Positions 30,412 to 40,013 of a stretch of DNA of 64,000 bases are shown piece after piece. Numbering within the stretch: position 1 is the first letter of the stretch; each line of letters starts with the position of its first letter. Under the pieces are notes generated by a model. That model made no database searches. It was not told where the DNA came from and saw nothing but the letters and a program-made list of their open reading frames with translations. Origin of the DNA: a bacterium (GTDB lineage: Bacteria > UBA8248); the NCBI GenBank assembly GCA_965202625.1, contig CBDBBI010000010.1, positions 672,001-736,000 of the forward strand, in the 5' to 3' direction. The position numbers and the translations under genes are program-made.

Positions 30412-31278
30412 ATGCGTGGTTTCGACTTCGTAGCTCCGACGACCATATCGGCAACCCTAAAAGCGGCAAAAGGCAAAAACGCTAAGTTTATCGCCGGCGG
30501 CACTAACTTCATGCCTGATCTCAGACACCAGCATGACGGTCCGGCGAAACTTGTTATCGACCTGATGAGGGTTTCCACCCTCCATGGTATATCCTCCACC
30601 AAGGGCGTAGTAAAAATGGGCGCTCTCACTACGATGACGGATTTTTTAGCCGACAAGACTATCCGCAGGGAAGCGCCAATTCTGACGGCGATGTCGGCGA
30701 AGTTTGCAGGGCCGATCATACGCAACCGCGCCACGGTGGCCGGCAACATCATTGATGGCGGGCCTGCAGCCGACGCCGTCCCTCCCCTCCTCGCCCTCAA
30801 GGCGAAGGTAAACCTCGCTCGAGAAAAAGGAAGAAGGACGGTCGCCCTAGACAAATTCCTCACCGGATACCGCCAGACGGCCATCAGGCCAGGTGAACTA
30901 ATCGCCAGCGTAAGTTTCCCCGCCCCAGGCAGAAACCACAGATGGGGCTATTACAAACTCGCGCGCCGAAACGCCATGGCGATCACCGTGGTTGGCGTAG
31001 CCATCGTGTTAAAAATGAAGCGCAAAAAGGTGGAAGAGGCGGGCATTTCGCTAGGCTCCGTCGCGCCGGTGCCAATCCGTTGCTACGAAGCTGAACGAAT
31101 GCTGGAAGGCAACGTGGTGGATTTCGAATTGGCGCAAAGGGTCGCAGAGGCTTGCGCCGCCGTGGCGACGCCAATTGACGATATTCGGGCGTCAGCGGAA
31201 TACCGCAAGCTGATGTGCGAGGTTTTGCCGCGGCGCCTTATCTGCCAATCTCTGGATATCCCTCAGAACAACGAATAA
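30412..31278 (+). CDS. Mo-hydroxylase FAD-binding medium subunit (CoxM/XdhB-like)
   Basis: AGGTN, IRNRATVAGN, PAAD, PIDDIRASAEYR. Confidence 0.93.
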   Translation: MRGFDFVAPTTISATLKAAKGKNAKFIAGGTNFMPDLRHQHDGPAKLVIDLMRVSTLHGISSTKGVVKMGALTTMTDFLADKTIRREAPILTAMSAKFAGPIIRNRATVAGNIIDGGPAADAVPPLLALKAKVNLAREKGRRTVALDKFLTGYRQTAIRPGELIASVSFPAPGRNHRWGYYKLARRNAMAITVVGVAIVLKMKRKKVEEAGISLGSVAPVPIRCYEAERMLEGNVVDFELAQRVAEACAAVATPIDDIRASAEYRKLMCEVLPRRLICQSLDIPQNNE

Positions 31279-31322
31279 GTCGACCTTCATCGTCTTTTGA
31301 AAATTCATTGGAGAATCTCCAG

Positions 31323-31895
31323 ATGCCTACAGCGAGCAAAACGAAACGAACCGCGAAGAAAAGGACGGCGGAAAAATCGAGCGCGCCCATATACAAACCA
31401 CCCAATAAAGTACCCATCACTTTTTCGGTAAACGGGCAGGAAGTGCGTACAGAGGCGCCCGCACACACCAGTTTGCTTTATTTGCTGCGCGACCTCGGCT
31501 TCACGGAGGTCAAGAACGGCTGCGAGGCGGGCGACTGCGGTGCCTGCACGATTCTTCTGGACGGTTTGGCGATGAACGCATGCTGTGCGCTCGGCGTGCA
31601 GGCGGAGGGACGGGAGATCGTCACCGTCAAGGGCATCGGAACAGTGGGCAACCTCCATCCGATACAACAAAAATTCATCGAGCATGGCGCGATACAATGC
31701 GGCTTTTGCACGCCGGGGATGATAGTCGCCGCGAAGGAGTTGCTCGACATCACGCCCAATCCCAGTCGGGAGGAAATCAAGGTAGGTATCTCTGGCAACC
31801 TTTGTCGCTGCACCGGTTACGTGAAGATCATTGACGCGATCGAGGCGGCCGCAGCAGAGCTTTCCCTTGGAAAAGGGAAAAGGAAATCATCGTGA
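31323..31895 (+). CDS. Mo-hydroxylase [2Fe-2S] small subunit (CoxS-like)
   Basis: GCEAGDCGACT, QCGFCTPG, GNLCRCTGY. Confidence 0.95.
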   Translation: MPTASKTKRTAKKRTAEKSSAPIYKPPNKVPITFSVNGQEVRTEAPAHTSLLYLLRDLGFTEVKNGCEAGDCGACTILLDGLAMNACCALGVQAEGREIVTVKGIGTVGNLHPIQQKFIEHGAIQCGFCTPGMIVAAKELLDITPNPSREEIKVGISGNLCRCTGYVKIIDAIEAAAAELSLGKGKRKSS

Positions 31896-32836
31896 CTGCT
31901 TCATCAAACGCCCCCCCCCTGACAAAGCCTCCCACGTTCGGATTCAAGCATGTGGAAGATGTTCAGGAGTCGTTCCGAAAACTGGATTATATCTCCGACA
32001 GAACGCTGGCGACCACCCTGTTCCTGGCGACGAAATTGGCGAAACCCCTCTTTCTTGAGGGGGAAGCCGGTGTCGGCAAAACGGAGCTCGCTAAGGTACT
32101 CGCCAGTGCGATGCATACGGAGCTCATCCGTCTCCAATGCTATGAGGGCCTCGACGCGAACTCGGCCCTCTACGAGTGGAACTACGCGAAGCAACTCCTT
32201 CACATCAAGATGGAAGAAGCAAAGGATTCGGACGCAAAGTCGATTGAAAAGGACATTTTCAGCGAGCAGTACCTGATAGAGCGCCCACTTCTCCGGGCGC
32301 TTTTGCGCTCAAAAGAAAAACCCGTGGTCCTGCTCATTGATGAAATCGACCGTTCAGATGAGGAATTCGAGGCCTTTTTGCTCGAAATCTTGTCCGACTA
32401 CCAGATTACGATTCCAGAGATGGGGACCGTCAAAGCGACTTGCAAGCCCCTAGTGGTGCTCACCAGCAACCGGACGCGCGAAATTCACGACGCACTGAAA
32501 CGCCGCTGCCTTTATCTCTGGGTGGACTACCCATCCTTCGAGAAAGAGGTGGAGATCATCACGACGAAGGTGCCCGGAATTACCACCCGGCTGGCGGAAC
32601 AAATATCGCGATTCATGACCCAAGCGAGACAAATGGACTTTTACAAGCGCCCCGGCGTGGCCGAATCCCTCGACTGGGCCCAAGCGCTCCTCGCTCTACA
32701 CAGAAACGAACTGGACGTCGACGCCGTGCGAGAGACCATCGGCTGCATACTCAAATACCAAGACGACATCAAACGCGTCGAAGATGATGGTCTCGACAGC
32801 ATGGTGGCGACGGCGCAGTTATCCCCTGACGCCTGA
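31892..32836 (+). CDS. MoxR-family AAA+ ATPase (CoxD-like)
   Basis: LEGEAGVGKT, LIRLQCYEGLD, LLIDEIDR, TSNRTREIHDALKRRC, PGVAE. Confidence 0.93.
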   Translation: MTASSNAPPLTKPPTFGFKHVEDVQESFRKLDYISDRTLATTLFLATKLAKPLFLEGEAGVGKTELAKVLASAMHTELIRLQCYEGLDANSALYEWNYAKQLLHIKMEEAKDSDAKSIEKDIFSEQYLIERPLLRALLRSKEKPVVLLIDEIDRSDEEFEAFLLEILSDYQITIPEMGTVKATCKPLVVLTSNRTREIHDALKRRCLYLWVDYPSFEKEVEIITTKVPGITTRLAEQISRFMTQARQMDFYKRPGVAESLDWAQALLALHRNELDVDAVRETIGCILKYQDDIKRVEDDGLDSMVATAQLSPDA

Positions 32837-32848
32837 TTTGAGAAATCC

Positions 32849-34114
32849 GTGGTAGCCGCCATCCGGCCCATCGTGAACGGTACCCTTCCCAAGCGCCGGA
32901 TCCGCATAAAGGGGCGCGGTCTGAAGGGTGAAATCATAGGCTTTTGCCGAGTACTCAGACGCACTGGGCTGAAGATAACCTCCGGCCGCATCATCGACGT
33001 GTTTCGCTGTTTCGACTCTCTCGACGTCACCAACCTCGACAACATTTATATTTGCAGTAAAGCCAATCTCATATCCAGCCAGGATGAGAGCGCGATATTC
33101 GACGCGGTGTTTCGTCAATACTGGTTCGATGAGGAGGGAAATCCATATTCAGGTGATGAATCCGTCCAGGTCGACACCCAGTTCGAGGAAGAGGGAGAGG
33201 GACAGGCCGGCGAGGGAGGCGGCACTTCGGAGGAAGGCGAATCGGACGCCGACGGCGAGGGGCAGGAAAACCCAGGCCTTCCATCGGAGGACGACGTGGA
33301 AAGCGCCGCCGAGCCTGGCGAGCAGGGAGACGACGAGGAGGGAGTCCCCTCCTATAGCCCCGCCGAGGTCATCTCGCATAAAGATTTCTCCTCGCTTGAC
33401 ATGGAGCAAGTCGCTGAACTCAGACGCCTCATCGCAAAACTCGTTCCCAAGCTCGCCACTAAAATCAGCCGCCGCAAGCGGCCCGACATGCGCTCCCCTG
33501 AAATTGACATGAGGCGCAGCGTGAAGAGAAGCGTGCGCTCGGGCGGGGAGGTTTTGAAGCTTTTCCGCAGGAGAAGAAAAATACAAAAAACCCAAATTGT
33601 ACTAATCTGCGACGTGTCGGGTTCGATGGACAGCTATAGTCAATTCCTGATTCAATTTCTCTACAGCCTACAAAACGAAATCAAATCGCTGCGCACGTTC
33701 GTATTCAGTACGCGCCTCTCGGACGCCACCCCATATCTACGCCACAAGGATGTCAACACCGCACTGAAGCGTTTGTCCACGGAGGTGCACGATTGGAGCG
33801 GCGGCACCCAGATCGGCAATTGTCTGAAGACTTTTAACTATGAGTACGGCAGAACCATCCTGAACAGCCGCACCATCGTCATCGTTATATCGGACGGCTG
33901 GGATCGGGGTGATACGGACACGCTGGCGAAGGAAATGGATCGGCTCAAAAAAATCTGCTACAGGCTCTTCTGGCTTAACCCCTTGCTGGGAAGTCCCGGA
34001 TACCGGCCAATTGACAGAGGTATGAGAACAGCCCTGCCCTATTGCGATGAATTTCTGGCCGCGCACAACCTTGACAGCTTAGTCGATATGACGAACAAGA
34101 TCGCGCGTATATAG
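32849..34114 (+). CDS. vWA-domain protein (CoxE-like)
   Basis: DVSGSM MIDAS, WSGGT, SDGWD, WLNP; acidic linker. Confidence 0.92.
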   Translation: MVAAIRPIVNGTLPKRRIRIKGRGLKGEIIGFCRVLRRTGLKITSGRIIDVFRCFDSLDVTNLDNIYICSKANLISSQDESAIFDAVFRQYWFDEEGNPYSGDESVQVDTQFEEEGEGQAGEGGGTSEEGESDADGEGQENPGLPSEDDVESAAEPGEQGDDEEGVPSYSPAEVISHKDFSSLDMEQVAELRRLIAKLVPKLATKISRRKRPDMRSPEIDMRRSVKRSVRSGGEVLKLFRRRRKIQKTQIVLICDVSGSMDSYSQFLIQFLYSLQNEIKSLRTFVFSTRLSDATPYLRHKDVNTALKRLSTEVHDWSGGTQIGNCLKTFNYEYGRTILNSRTIVIVISDGWDRGDTDTLAKEMDRLKKICYRLFWLNPLLGSPGYRPIDRGMRTALPYCDEFLAAHNLDSLVDMTNKIARI

Positions 34115-34197
34115 GCACATGGAATCATCTCTCCTCTTTCCCCCACCCCGTTTGGTTATATAAATACCCTTTTATTCGCCATTTTTGTAAACTGGGA

Positions 34198-34863
34198 ATG
34201 GAATTGGCCGATCTCCTTATCTACACGGCGGACAACGAATTCGCGGACGCCCTTGGACGCGCACTGAGACGAGAGGGCCATTTTTGCAAAATGGTTCAGG
34301 ACGAAACAACGGCGCTTCAAGAGGTTCGCGCTAGAGGTCTCTCCCTTATTTTACTGGATGACGCCCCCGCTCTCCCGAAAGTGGGGGAAATGAAAAATTG
34401 GACCATCTTGCCGATACTCCTACTCATCGAACCCGACCGTCTATTGACCGTCCGGATCCCACCGCAAGCCGAGGACGTTCTCGTAAAACCCGTTCGTGAG
34501 GAGGAACTCTTGTATCGTGTCCGCAATCTCTGCCGTCGCTCCGCCTCCGACGCCGAGGGCGGACGAGCACTGAAAAACAAAGGCTTAACGATCGATGAAA
34601 ATCGCTACGAGATCAGACTCGACGGGGAGCTGATCGATCTAACGTACCGCGAATTTGAGCTTTTGAAGCATTTGATAAACAATCCGGGGCGCGTATTCGA
34701 CAGGGAACAGCTTTTGAACCTCGTCTGGGGAGTTGACTATCTCGGAGGCCCACGGACGGTGGACGTTCACGTTCGCAGAATCCGCTCGAAAATCGAGATC
34801 CGGGGGTATGCGTTCATCTCAACGGTGCGCGGGGTGGGGTATAAATTCATAGGTGAGTCCTGA
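34198..34863 (+). CDS. Orphan OmpR-family response regulator (possibly GlnR-like)
   Basis: LTYREFELL, REQLL, RTVDVHVRRIRSK, TVRGVGY; divergent receiver domain; directly upstream of glnA. Confidence 0.88.
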   Translation: MELADLLIYTADNEFADALGRALRREGHFCKMVQDETTALQEVRARGLSLILLDDAPALPKVGEMKNWTILPILLLIEPDRLLTVRIPPQAEDVLVKPVREEELLYRVRNLCRRSASDAEGGRALKNKGLTIDENRYEIRLDGELIDLTYREFELLKHLINNPGRVFDREQLLNLVWGVDYLGGPRTVDVHVRRIRSKIEIRGYAFISTVRGVGYKFIGES

Positions 34864-34993
34864 TGCGCGAAGCGCCTCTCGCCTCCCCTAGCGGAACGAA
34901 AACCCCATAAAAAGAAACCAGCCTGAAACATTCAGCAGATATGCTGAATCGCTTTGATGATAATGGAAAACATTTGTTCATCTGGAGCACATC

Positions 34994-36340
34994 ATGTCTG
35001 AGGCGTTTGACGATAAAGACCGCGAATTCGTCCTGAACCAAGCGCGCGAACTGGGCGTGCGCTTTATAAGGATGTGGTTCACGGACATTCTGGGTTTCCT
35101 GAAAAGTTTCGCCATCACCATCGAAGAGCTGGAAAACGCGCTCTACGAGGGGCACCTCTTCGATGGCGCCGCCATAGAGGGCTTCGCGCGGATCGAGGAG
35201 AGCGACATGTTTGCCCATCCCGATCCCACAACGTTCTGTGTGCTGCCCTGGCGCCCGCAGGACGGAGGATCCGTCGCTAGGATGTTTTGCGACATCAAGG
35301 ACCCCGACGGAAACCCCTCCGAGAGCGACCCAAGGTTCATACTTAGGCGAACCCTTCAGAACGTGGCGCAAAAAGGATTTACGTTTTATGCAGGCGTGGA
35401 ATATGAGCATTACTATTTCAAATCTCCCGAACCGCCAATCGAAACGCTTGACGAGGGTGGATATTTCGACCTCACACCTCTAGACATCGCGAGCGACCTG
35501 AGACGTGAGACGGTCTTGAACCTCGAGAAAATGGGAATCGGGGTGGAGTACAGTCACCACGAGGTCGGGCCCAGCCAGCACGAAATCGATCTGCGCTACG
35601 GCGACGCCCTCGCCATGGCAGACAACGCAATGACTTATCGACTTGTCGTCAAGGAAGTGGCTATGCGGCATGGCGTTTACGCCACTTTCATGCCGAAGCC
35701 GATAGCCGAATCGAACGGCAATGGAATGCACACCCATCTTTCATTGTTCCGGGGCTCAGCAAATGCGTTTCACGACCCTGAGAAACCCGATGATCTTTCA
35801 GACACATGCTACGCCTTCATCGCTGGCCTTTTGAAATACGTCCCAGAGATGACGCTCGTACTGAACCAATGGGTGAACAGCTACAAGCGTCTCGTTCCCG
35901 GTTTCGAGGCGCCCGTCTATCTCACATGGGCGCATAAAAGCAGAAGCGATTTGATACGCGTTCCCAGCACGCGCAAGGGAAGGAAATCTGATACGCGAAT
36001 CGAGCTGCGATCCCCAGACGCGGCGTGCAATCCCTATCTCGCGTTCGCCTGCATGCTGGCGGCCGGAATAGCGGGAATCGACGAAGGTTTGCCGCCGGTT
36101 CGCGCCGTGGAGGAGAACGTATTCGAGATGAACGAGGAGAAGCGTAAAAACCGAGGTATTGAGAGCCTGCCGGGAAACCTGCATGAAGCCACGATGCTGG
36201 CCGAAAAGAGCACTTTTTTAAGAAACATCTTTGGAAAACAACTTTTTGAAAAATTCATCGAGAACAAAAAAATCGAATGGAGACCCTACCGCGCGCACGT
36301 CTCGGATTTTGAACTAAAGAAATATCTATCTATTCTATGA
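34994..36340 (+). CDS. glnA: Glutamine synthetase type I (short, GSI-alpha-like)
   Basis: FTDILG, FDG, EESDM, HHEVGPSQHE, ATFMPKP, GMHTH, NSYKRLVPGFEAP, RIELRSPD. Confidence 0.95.
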   Translation: MSEAFDDKDREFVLNQARELGVRFIRMWFTDILGFLKSFAITIEELENALYEGHLFDGAAIEGFARIEESDMFAHPDPTTFCVLPWRPQDGGSVARMFCDIKDPDGNPSESDPRFILRRTLQNVAQKGFTFYAGVEYEHYYFKSPEPPIETLDEGGYFDLTPLDIASDLRRETVLNLEKMGIGVEYSHHEVGPSQHEIDLRYGDALAMADNAMTYRLVVKEVAMRHGVYATFMPKPIAESNGNGMHTHLSLFRGSANAFHDPEKPDDLSDTCYAFIAGLLKYVPEMTLVLNQWVNSYKRLVPGFEAPVYLTWAHKSRSDLIRVPSTRKGRKSDTRIELRSPDAACNPYLAFACMLAAGIAGIDEGLPPVRAVEENVFEMNEEKRKNRGIESLPGNLHEATMLAEKSTFLRNIFGKQLFEKFIENKKIEWRPYRAHVSDFELKKYLSIL

Positions 36341-36381
36341 AACCGCCCTTCAAAACCGGAATTGAGGAGTCCGCTCGTCAT

Positions 36382-36729
36382 CTAACCAGCACAACCCTCC
36401 GCCAGCCACTCAAGATAGGACGCGCGGCCCTGATGGAGGGATACCGACACGACTTCCGGGACGTCATAGCTGTGAGCCTCAGCGATGTGCGCGGATAGCT
36501 CTTGTAGATTGGCTTTCGTGGTCTTCATCACGAGCAGGACTTCTGTGTCATCTTGCACCGCGTCCGCCCAGCGATAGATGCTGCGAACCTTAGGGATCAG
36601 GTTGACGCAAGCGCACAGTTTGTGTCCAACCAGGGATTTCGCAATCCGCGCACCCTCCTCCTCAGAGCCGGCCGTGGCCATCACGATGCAGAACTCTCGC
36701 CCATCTCTCAAGACTTCCTCCTCACGCAT
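36382..36729 (-). CDS. cutA: Divalent-cation tolerance protein
   Basis: LCACVN, SIYRW, E...KT, HSYDVPE, YLEW. Confidence 0.93.
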   Translation of the reverse strand: MREEEVLRDGREFCIVMATAGSEEEGARIAKSLVGHKLCACVNLIPKVRSIYRWADAVQDDTEVLLVMKTTKANLQELSAHIAEAHSYDVPEVVSVSLHQGRASYLEWLAEGCAG

Positions 36730-37675
36730 TCAGTAATTTTTCGGCCGCACTATAAGGATCCTCTTCTCGCGCCGCTATCGCATCAAGAAGCTCATCCAGC
36801 TTCTGCGCATCCTCCGCCCAAAATCTCATGCGCTCCACAGCGTGTTCCCTCACCATTTCCAAGAGCATGACGCGAGAGCGCTCTCGCCCCAAACGCTTGG
36901 CCTCATCCGGATTTTCACGCAAATAACACATTCGCGCCTCGACTTGAGCCAGTACGTCGCTCGCGTCCTCTAGCGCTTCTGTCTTCAGCACGGGCGGTCT
37001 CCAGACGTTCGCCGCCTCACTAGGATGGAACTTGAAGTCCAGCATTTCCTCAATCTCTTTCACAGTGCGGTCCGCCCCAGCGCGCTTCGCTTTGTTCACC
37101 ACAAAAATATCCCCGATTTCCATGATCCCCGCCTTCGCCGCCTGGACGTGATCTCCCTCCCCGGGCGTCTGGAGCAAGACGACCACGTTCGCATACTGCA
37201 TGACGTTCACCTCACCCTGACCCACGCCGACGGTTTCAAGGATCACAACGTCCCAACCCATGGCGTCCATGACGCACAGCGCGTCCCCCGTCGCGCGAGC
37301 AAGCCCGCCGAGATGGCCACGGGTGGCCATGCTCCGGATGAAGACTCCCGGGTCCGTGCTGTGCCGTCCCATCCGAATGCGATCTCCCAAAATCGCCCCC
37401 CCTGTAAACGGACTTGTCGGGTCCACCGCAATGACAGACACCCTTTTCTCCTGGGCGCGCAAATGCGCGATCATCTGATCGGAAAGCGTGCTTTTGCCCA
37501 CACCAGGAGGCCCCGTGACCCCGATGATCAGACTTTTTCCGCCTTTGCGATACAACTCTCGCAAAATCGGCCTCGCACTTGGATCGTTCGCTTCTACCAA
37601 TGAGATCAGCCTAGCCGCGGGTCGCAACATCCCCGCCAGAATTTGAGAGATTCGTTCTTTGTTTTTGTCATTCAT
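36722..37675 (-). CDS. meaB: Methylmalonyl-CoA mutase-associated GTPase
   Basis: GVTGPPGVGKST, AVDPTSPFTGGAILGDRIRM, ETVGVGQ, KAGIMEI, NKA. Confidence 0.93.
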   Translation of the reverse strand: MNDKNKERISQILAGMLRPAARLISLVEANDPSARPILRELYRKGGKSLIIGVTGPPGVGKSTLSDQMIAHLRAQEKRVSVIAVDPTSPFTGGAILGDRIRMGRHSTDPGVFIRSMATRGHLGGLARATGDALCVMDAMGWDVVILETVGVGQGEVNVMQYANVVVLLQTPGEGDHVQAAKAGIMEIGDIFVVNKAKRAGADRTVKEIEEMLDFKFHPSEAANVWRPPVLKTEALEDASDVLAQVEARMCYLRENPDEAKRLGRERSRVMLLEMVREHAVERMRFWAEDAQKLDELLDAIAAREEDPYSAAEKLLNA

Positions 37676-37741
37676 TTCAATTTATTTATCAATAGATTAT
37701 GACAAGTATATTCAAGTTTTCCTTGCACGAAAGAGCGCGCC

Positions 37742-38896
37742 TCAAGAATCAAACAGATAGCGGGAGATGAGGTTGCGATGTATTTCGCTCGCGCCTTCCC
37801 AAAGGGTGAACACCCGGGCATCGCGCCAAAGAAGCCCGGCGGATGTTTCGCCTGCATATCCATATCCGCCATGTATCTGTATGCCCCTATCACATACGCG
37901 CAGACACGCTTCAGACGTGAAAAGTTTCGTCATCGCCACTTCTCTTTTGTTGTTACCTCCCCTATCCCGAATTTTTGCCGCATTTGAGACCATCTCGCGC
38001 GCAGTCACAATTTCAATGGCGCTTTCCGCCATCATCCCGCGCAGGCCGGAAAACTCCGAGATATGTTTGTCAAGCGCTTTCCGCCCCTTCGCGTGGGAGA
38101 TGGCGGAGTCAAGAGACGCCTGCGCTATTCCGACGCACATCGCCCCCAGCACGACCCTTCCGTCATTCAAAACGCGCGTCGCCTGTCGAAGACCGTCTCC
38201 GACGTTTCCAATAAGGCGATTCTCCGGAATTTCGCAATCCTTGAAAAAAACCTCCGCCGTGTTCGAAGAAAGCATCCCGAGATTTTTGGCGAGCGGGACA
38301 CTCTTGCGGCCCTCATCCCCCTGTTCTATCACGAATGCGCTGATCCCGTTTTTCCCCTCTGACGTGCGCGCGAAGATGAGAAGTCTCTCAAAGTGCAGCC
38401 CTTGCGTAACGAACATTTTCGATCCATTGACAACGTAGGCGTTCCCCTGTCGTCTCGCCTCACATTGAATGGCCGTCGCATGACTGCCGGCGTTACGCTC
38501 GGTGATCGCCCATGCGCCCAAGGAGCCCTTCGCGAGAGGAGGGATCCATTTTCCTTGCTGCCCGTCCGTCCCGTAGAAAAGCAAGTGCGCCCCGCACAGG
38601 CCCGCCGACACACTCACCGTGAGAGCGAAGCTCGCATCGGCGCGGGCCAGTTCCTCCATGACAAGACACTCCGAAAATAACCCGAGGCCGCGGCCGCCCA
38701 GGTTCTGGGGTATTTTGACGCCAACAAAACCCCAATTCGCAGCTTCTTTATACAGACCGGAGGAAAATGCCGCGTTTCGATCGCGTTCCAATGCGCCGGG
38801 AGCGAGTCGTGCTCGCGCGAATTCGCGGGTACTCTCTTGGAGGGACACTTCCGCTTCCGTTAATTCCGCGTGGGTCGTGATAGGCAAAGTCGTCAT
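37742..38896 (-). CDS. Acyl-CoA dehydrogenase
   Basis: AITERNAGS, NGSKMFVT, QIHGGYGY, EGASEI. Confidence 0.93.
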   Translation of the reverse strand: MTTLPITTHAELTEAEVSLQESTREFARARLAPGALERDRNAAFSSGLYKEAANWGFVGVKIPQNLGGRGLGLFSECLVMEELARADASFALTVSVSAGLCGAHLLFYGTDGQQGKWIPPLAKGSLGAWAITERNAGSHATAIQCEARRQGNAYVVNGSKMFVTQGLHFERLLIFARTSEGKNGISAFVIEQGDEGRKSVPLAKNLGMLSSNTAEVFFKDCEIPENRLIGNVGDGLRQATRVLNDGRVVLGAMCVGIAQASLDSAISHAKGRKALDKHISEFSGLRGMMAESAIEIVTAREMVSNAAKIRDRGGNNKREVAMTKLFTSEACLRVCDRGIQIHGGYGYAGETSAGLLWRDARVFTLWEGASEIHRNLISRYLFDS

Positions 38897-39882
38897 TCCT
38901 CCTTTACATAGAGTGCCGGAAGAATATCTTCACCCAAGAGCGTCAATCTATGAGGGTGAGCATCCAGGTCGGGAATGGTGACCAGTATGTGGTTCACGCC
39001 CGCCTTCAGATACTCTCTCAGGCGGGCGGCGCAATCATCTGGCGTTCCATGGATCGCTCCTGAATCTGGAACGACACTCAACTTCTCTCGCGCCGCCTTC
39101 GCCTTGGCCCTGTCTTTCTCAGGAATCACCATCAGCATCACGGATGCCCGAACGCCGCGCGGATCCCTGCCGCTTTTTTCACACTCCGCCTCAATCTGAG
39201 GTCTTCTGCCCAAAAATTGCGCGGGCGTCCACCAACGGCAATTATAGCCATCCGCATGGCGCGCGGAAACGCCGAGAATCTTCTCCCCCTCGCCACCCGT
39301 CCAGATCGGCGGGTGCGGCCTCTGGACAGGCGGGGGGCGGCAAATGGCGTTTTGAATTCGAAAGTGCTCCCCTTCAAAGTTCGGAACAGGATCGGTCCAC
39401 ATCGCGCGTATGAGTTGAATGGCTTCTTCGAGCTGCCTTATCCTGACGGAAACCTCCGGATAGGGATATCCGAATGCGTGGTATTCTCTTTCGATCCAAC
39501 CCGCTCCAATCCCGAAGTCCACGCGGCCTTTGCTGATGACGTCGACCGTGGCAGCCATCTTCGCCAGCATCGCCGGCTGACGATACCCTACACAAGAGAC
39601 CAAAGTGCCTAGACGGAGGGTATTGGTGTCCCGCGCGAGGGCGGCGAGGCTCGTCCATGGTTCGAGAATCGCGGTATCGACAGATTGCGCTTTTTCGTCC
39701 TGGCTACCGAATCCAGTTTGGCTTCCATAAGAGGTGGGGTCGAGCGTCACGAAATGATCGCAATGCCAGAGAGAATGGATGCCCACTCTCTCCGCCTCCT
39801 GGGCAATTTCCCTGAGTTTCTCATAGTCGCCGACATACAAGCCCTTAAGCGTCAAGGCGGCGATGATGCCAACTTCCGTCAT
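38893..39882 (-). CDS. LLM-class (probably F420-dependent) oxidoreductase
   Basis: CDHF, EPWT, LGTLV, LAKMAATVDVISKGR, GIGAGW, PPIWTGGEGE. Confidence 0.88.
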   Translation of the reverse strand: MTEVGIIAALTLKGLYVGDYEKLREIAQEAERVGIHSLWHCDHFVTLDPTSYGSQTGFGSQDEKAQSVDTAILEPWTSLAALARDTNTLRLGTLVSCVGYRQPAMLAKMAATVDVISKGRVDFGIGAGWIEREYHAFGYPYPEVSVRIRQLEEAIQLIRAMWTDPVPNFEGEHFRIQNAICRPPPVQRPHPPIWTGGEGEKILGVSARHADGYNCRWWTPAQFLGRRPQIEAECEKSGRDPRGVRASVMLMVIPEKDRAKAKAAREKLSVVPDSGAIHGTPDDCAARLREYLKAGVNHILVTIPDLDAHPHRLTLLGEDILPALYVKEE

Positions 39883-40013
39883 ATGCGATGCCCCTATCAA
39901 GCGTGAAAGCGTCGAAAACCCATGTTTCCTACCCTATCAGCAATATGGGAGAGAGACGAACAGCCGTCGAACTCTCCCCTCCATTCGGCGCTTTTTACGG
40001 AAACGACGCTCTC

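Noticed and set aside
31911-31919. C9 tract near the coxD-like 5' end (also G9 at 47304-47312 in hemB) as phase-variation switches
   Set aside because: Both genes are in frame, hemB is housekeeping, and one sequence cannot show variation
33180-33350. Acidic Gly/Glu low-complexity stretch
   Set aside because: Usual linker in CoxE-type vWA proteins
30412-34114. Aerobic CO dehydrogenase operon
   Set aside because: No CoxL in the cluster, and the only Mo subunit in the window lacks AYxCSFR
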